From Lobosporangium transversale (lineage: Eukaryota): a stretch of 64,000 bases of DNA. The stretch spans positions 1,674,001 through 1,738,000 of the forward strand of contig NW_019028979.1 in the NCBI RefSeq assembly GCF_002105155.1, read 5' to 3'. A program made the position numbers and the translations under genes. Positions 63,451 through 64,000 of the stretch are shown one piece after another. The stretch's first letter is position 1, and the number at the start of each line of letters is the position of its first letter. The notes below the pieces were generated by a model. The model worked only from the letters and a program-made list of their open reading frames with translations. It was not told the DNA's origin and did not search any database.

Positions 63451-64000
63451 AATAGTCTACAGACTGCAATATTTAGAAAATTTATACACTTCAATATGTA
63501 ACATATTCTTAGTGATCCTCTCCGATATCCCTCTTCCTCACAATCCCTATTGAAGTGTACCACCCACTGCTCACAGTATGTGGGGCCTGTTTGACGCAGC
63601 CTTAAGAAAACTACTATAAAAGTGCGATGGGTGCTGTGCTATCCAAGCCTTTGCCTAAATGAACGATCACAGTGTTTAATATATGAGAAGCTTAGAGCAT
63701 TTGCAATTATAGTATATATAAAGGTTTATCCCTTACGCGTATTCAAGCCTAAAGACTTCCTTGTGTAGAATACGACTCGTTAACCCTAGCTATCCTCTCG
63801 ATCTTGTTGCACAACGTCCTTCTATACTTCCTCGTCTTTGATTTCCCTACTCAATAGAGTGCGCTCTGACTCCGACACACTAAATCCCCTGTTGGTATAG
63901 GCTTTTAGCTTGCTATAGGAGGGTGTCAGAGACTATCACTGAATCATATTATGGGATTGGCCACATCGCATCAAATGATCTAAAATATGAGCTGTTATCC

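Noticed and set aside
63865..63931. Imperfect hairpin CTCTGAC...GTCAGAG with an inner wobble-rich stem
   Set aside because: Short stems with no family motif; not above chance.
1..64000. CRISPR arrays, tRNA/rRNA genes, intact transposase or reverse-transcriptase ORFs
   Set aside because: None recognised. The 30-bp array at 22939 is too degenerate and short-spaced for CRISPR, and the DNA is eukaryotic.

Overview
Intron-rich fungal genomic DNA with many homopolymer runs. The gene families (expanded F-box/LRR and kelch-transmembrane families, Atg22-like MFS, WDR62/MAPKBP1) point to an early-diverging fungus, most likely Mortierellaceae; this is inferred, not verified. About 16 protein-coding genes can be reconstructed with GT-AG introns: a partial low-complexity protein, an arabinokinase-N-like GT-B glycosyltransferase, a GT64-like glycosyltransferase, Dim1/Dib1, Trs31, an RNI-type LRR protein, a WDR62/MAPKBP1 homolog, four kelch paralogs sharing a 52-bp exon, an Atg22-like transporter, an F-box/WD40 protein and three F-box/LRR proteins. 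There are also three pseudogenes (two F-box, one PD-(D/E)xK-like). The best non-coding signal is a complete HDV-like self-cleaving ribozyme fold at 54057-54194 (+): P1, P1.1, P2, P3, L3 UCCUCGU, P4 and the catalytic-C equivalent are all present, and an A29 run sits inside P4. It lies downstream of a TATA box and two 104-bp-period structured repeats, with no retrotransposon ORF following. Other structures are a 209-bp, ~94%-identical inverted repeat nested in an older inverted duplication (21.6-22.7 kb), two tiny TA-flanked MITE-like elements, and splice acceptors preceded by poly(A) instead of polypyrimidine. All alignments and folds were made by eye; no searches were run.
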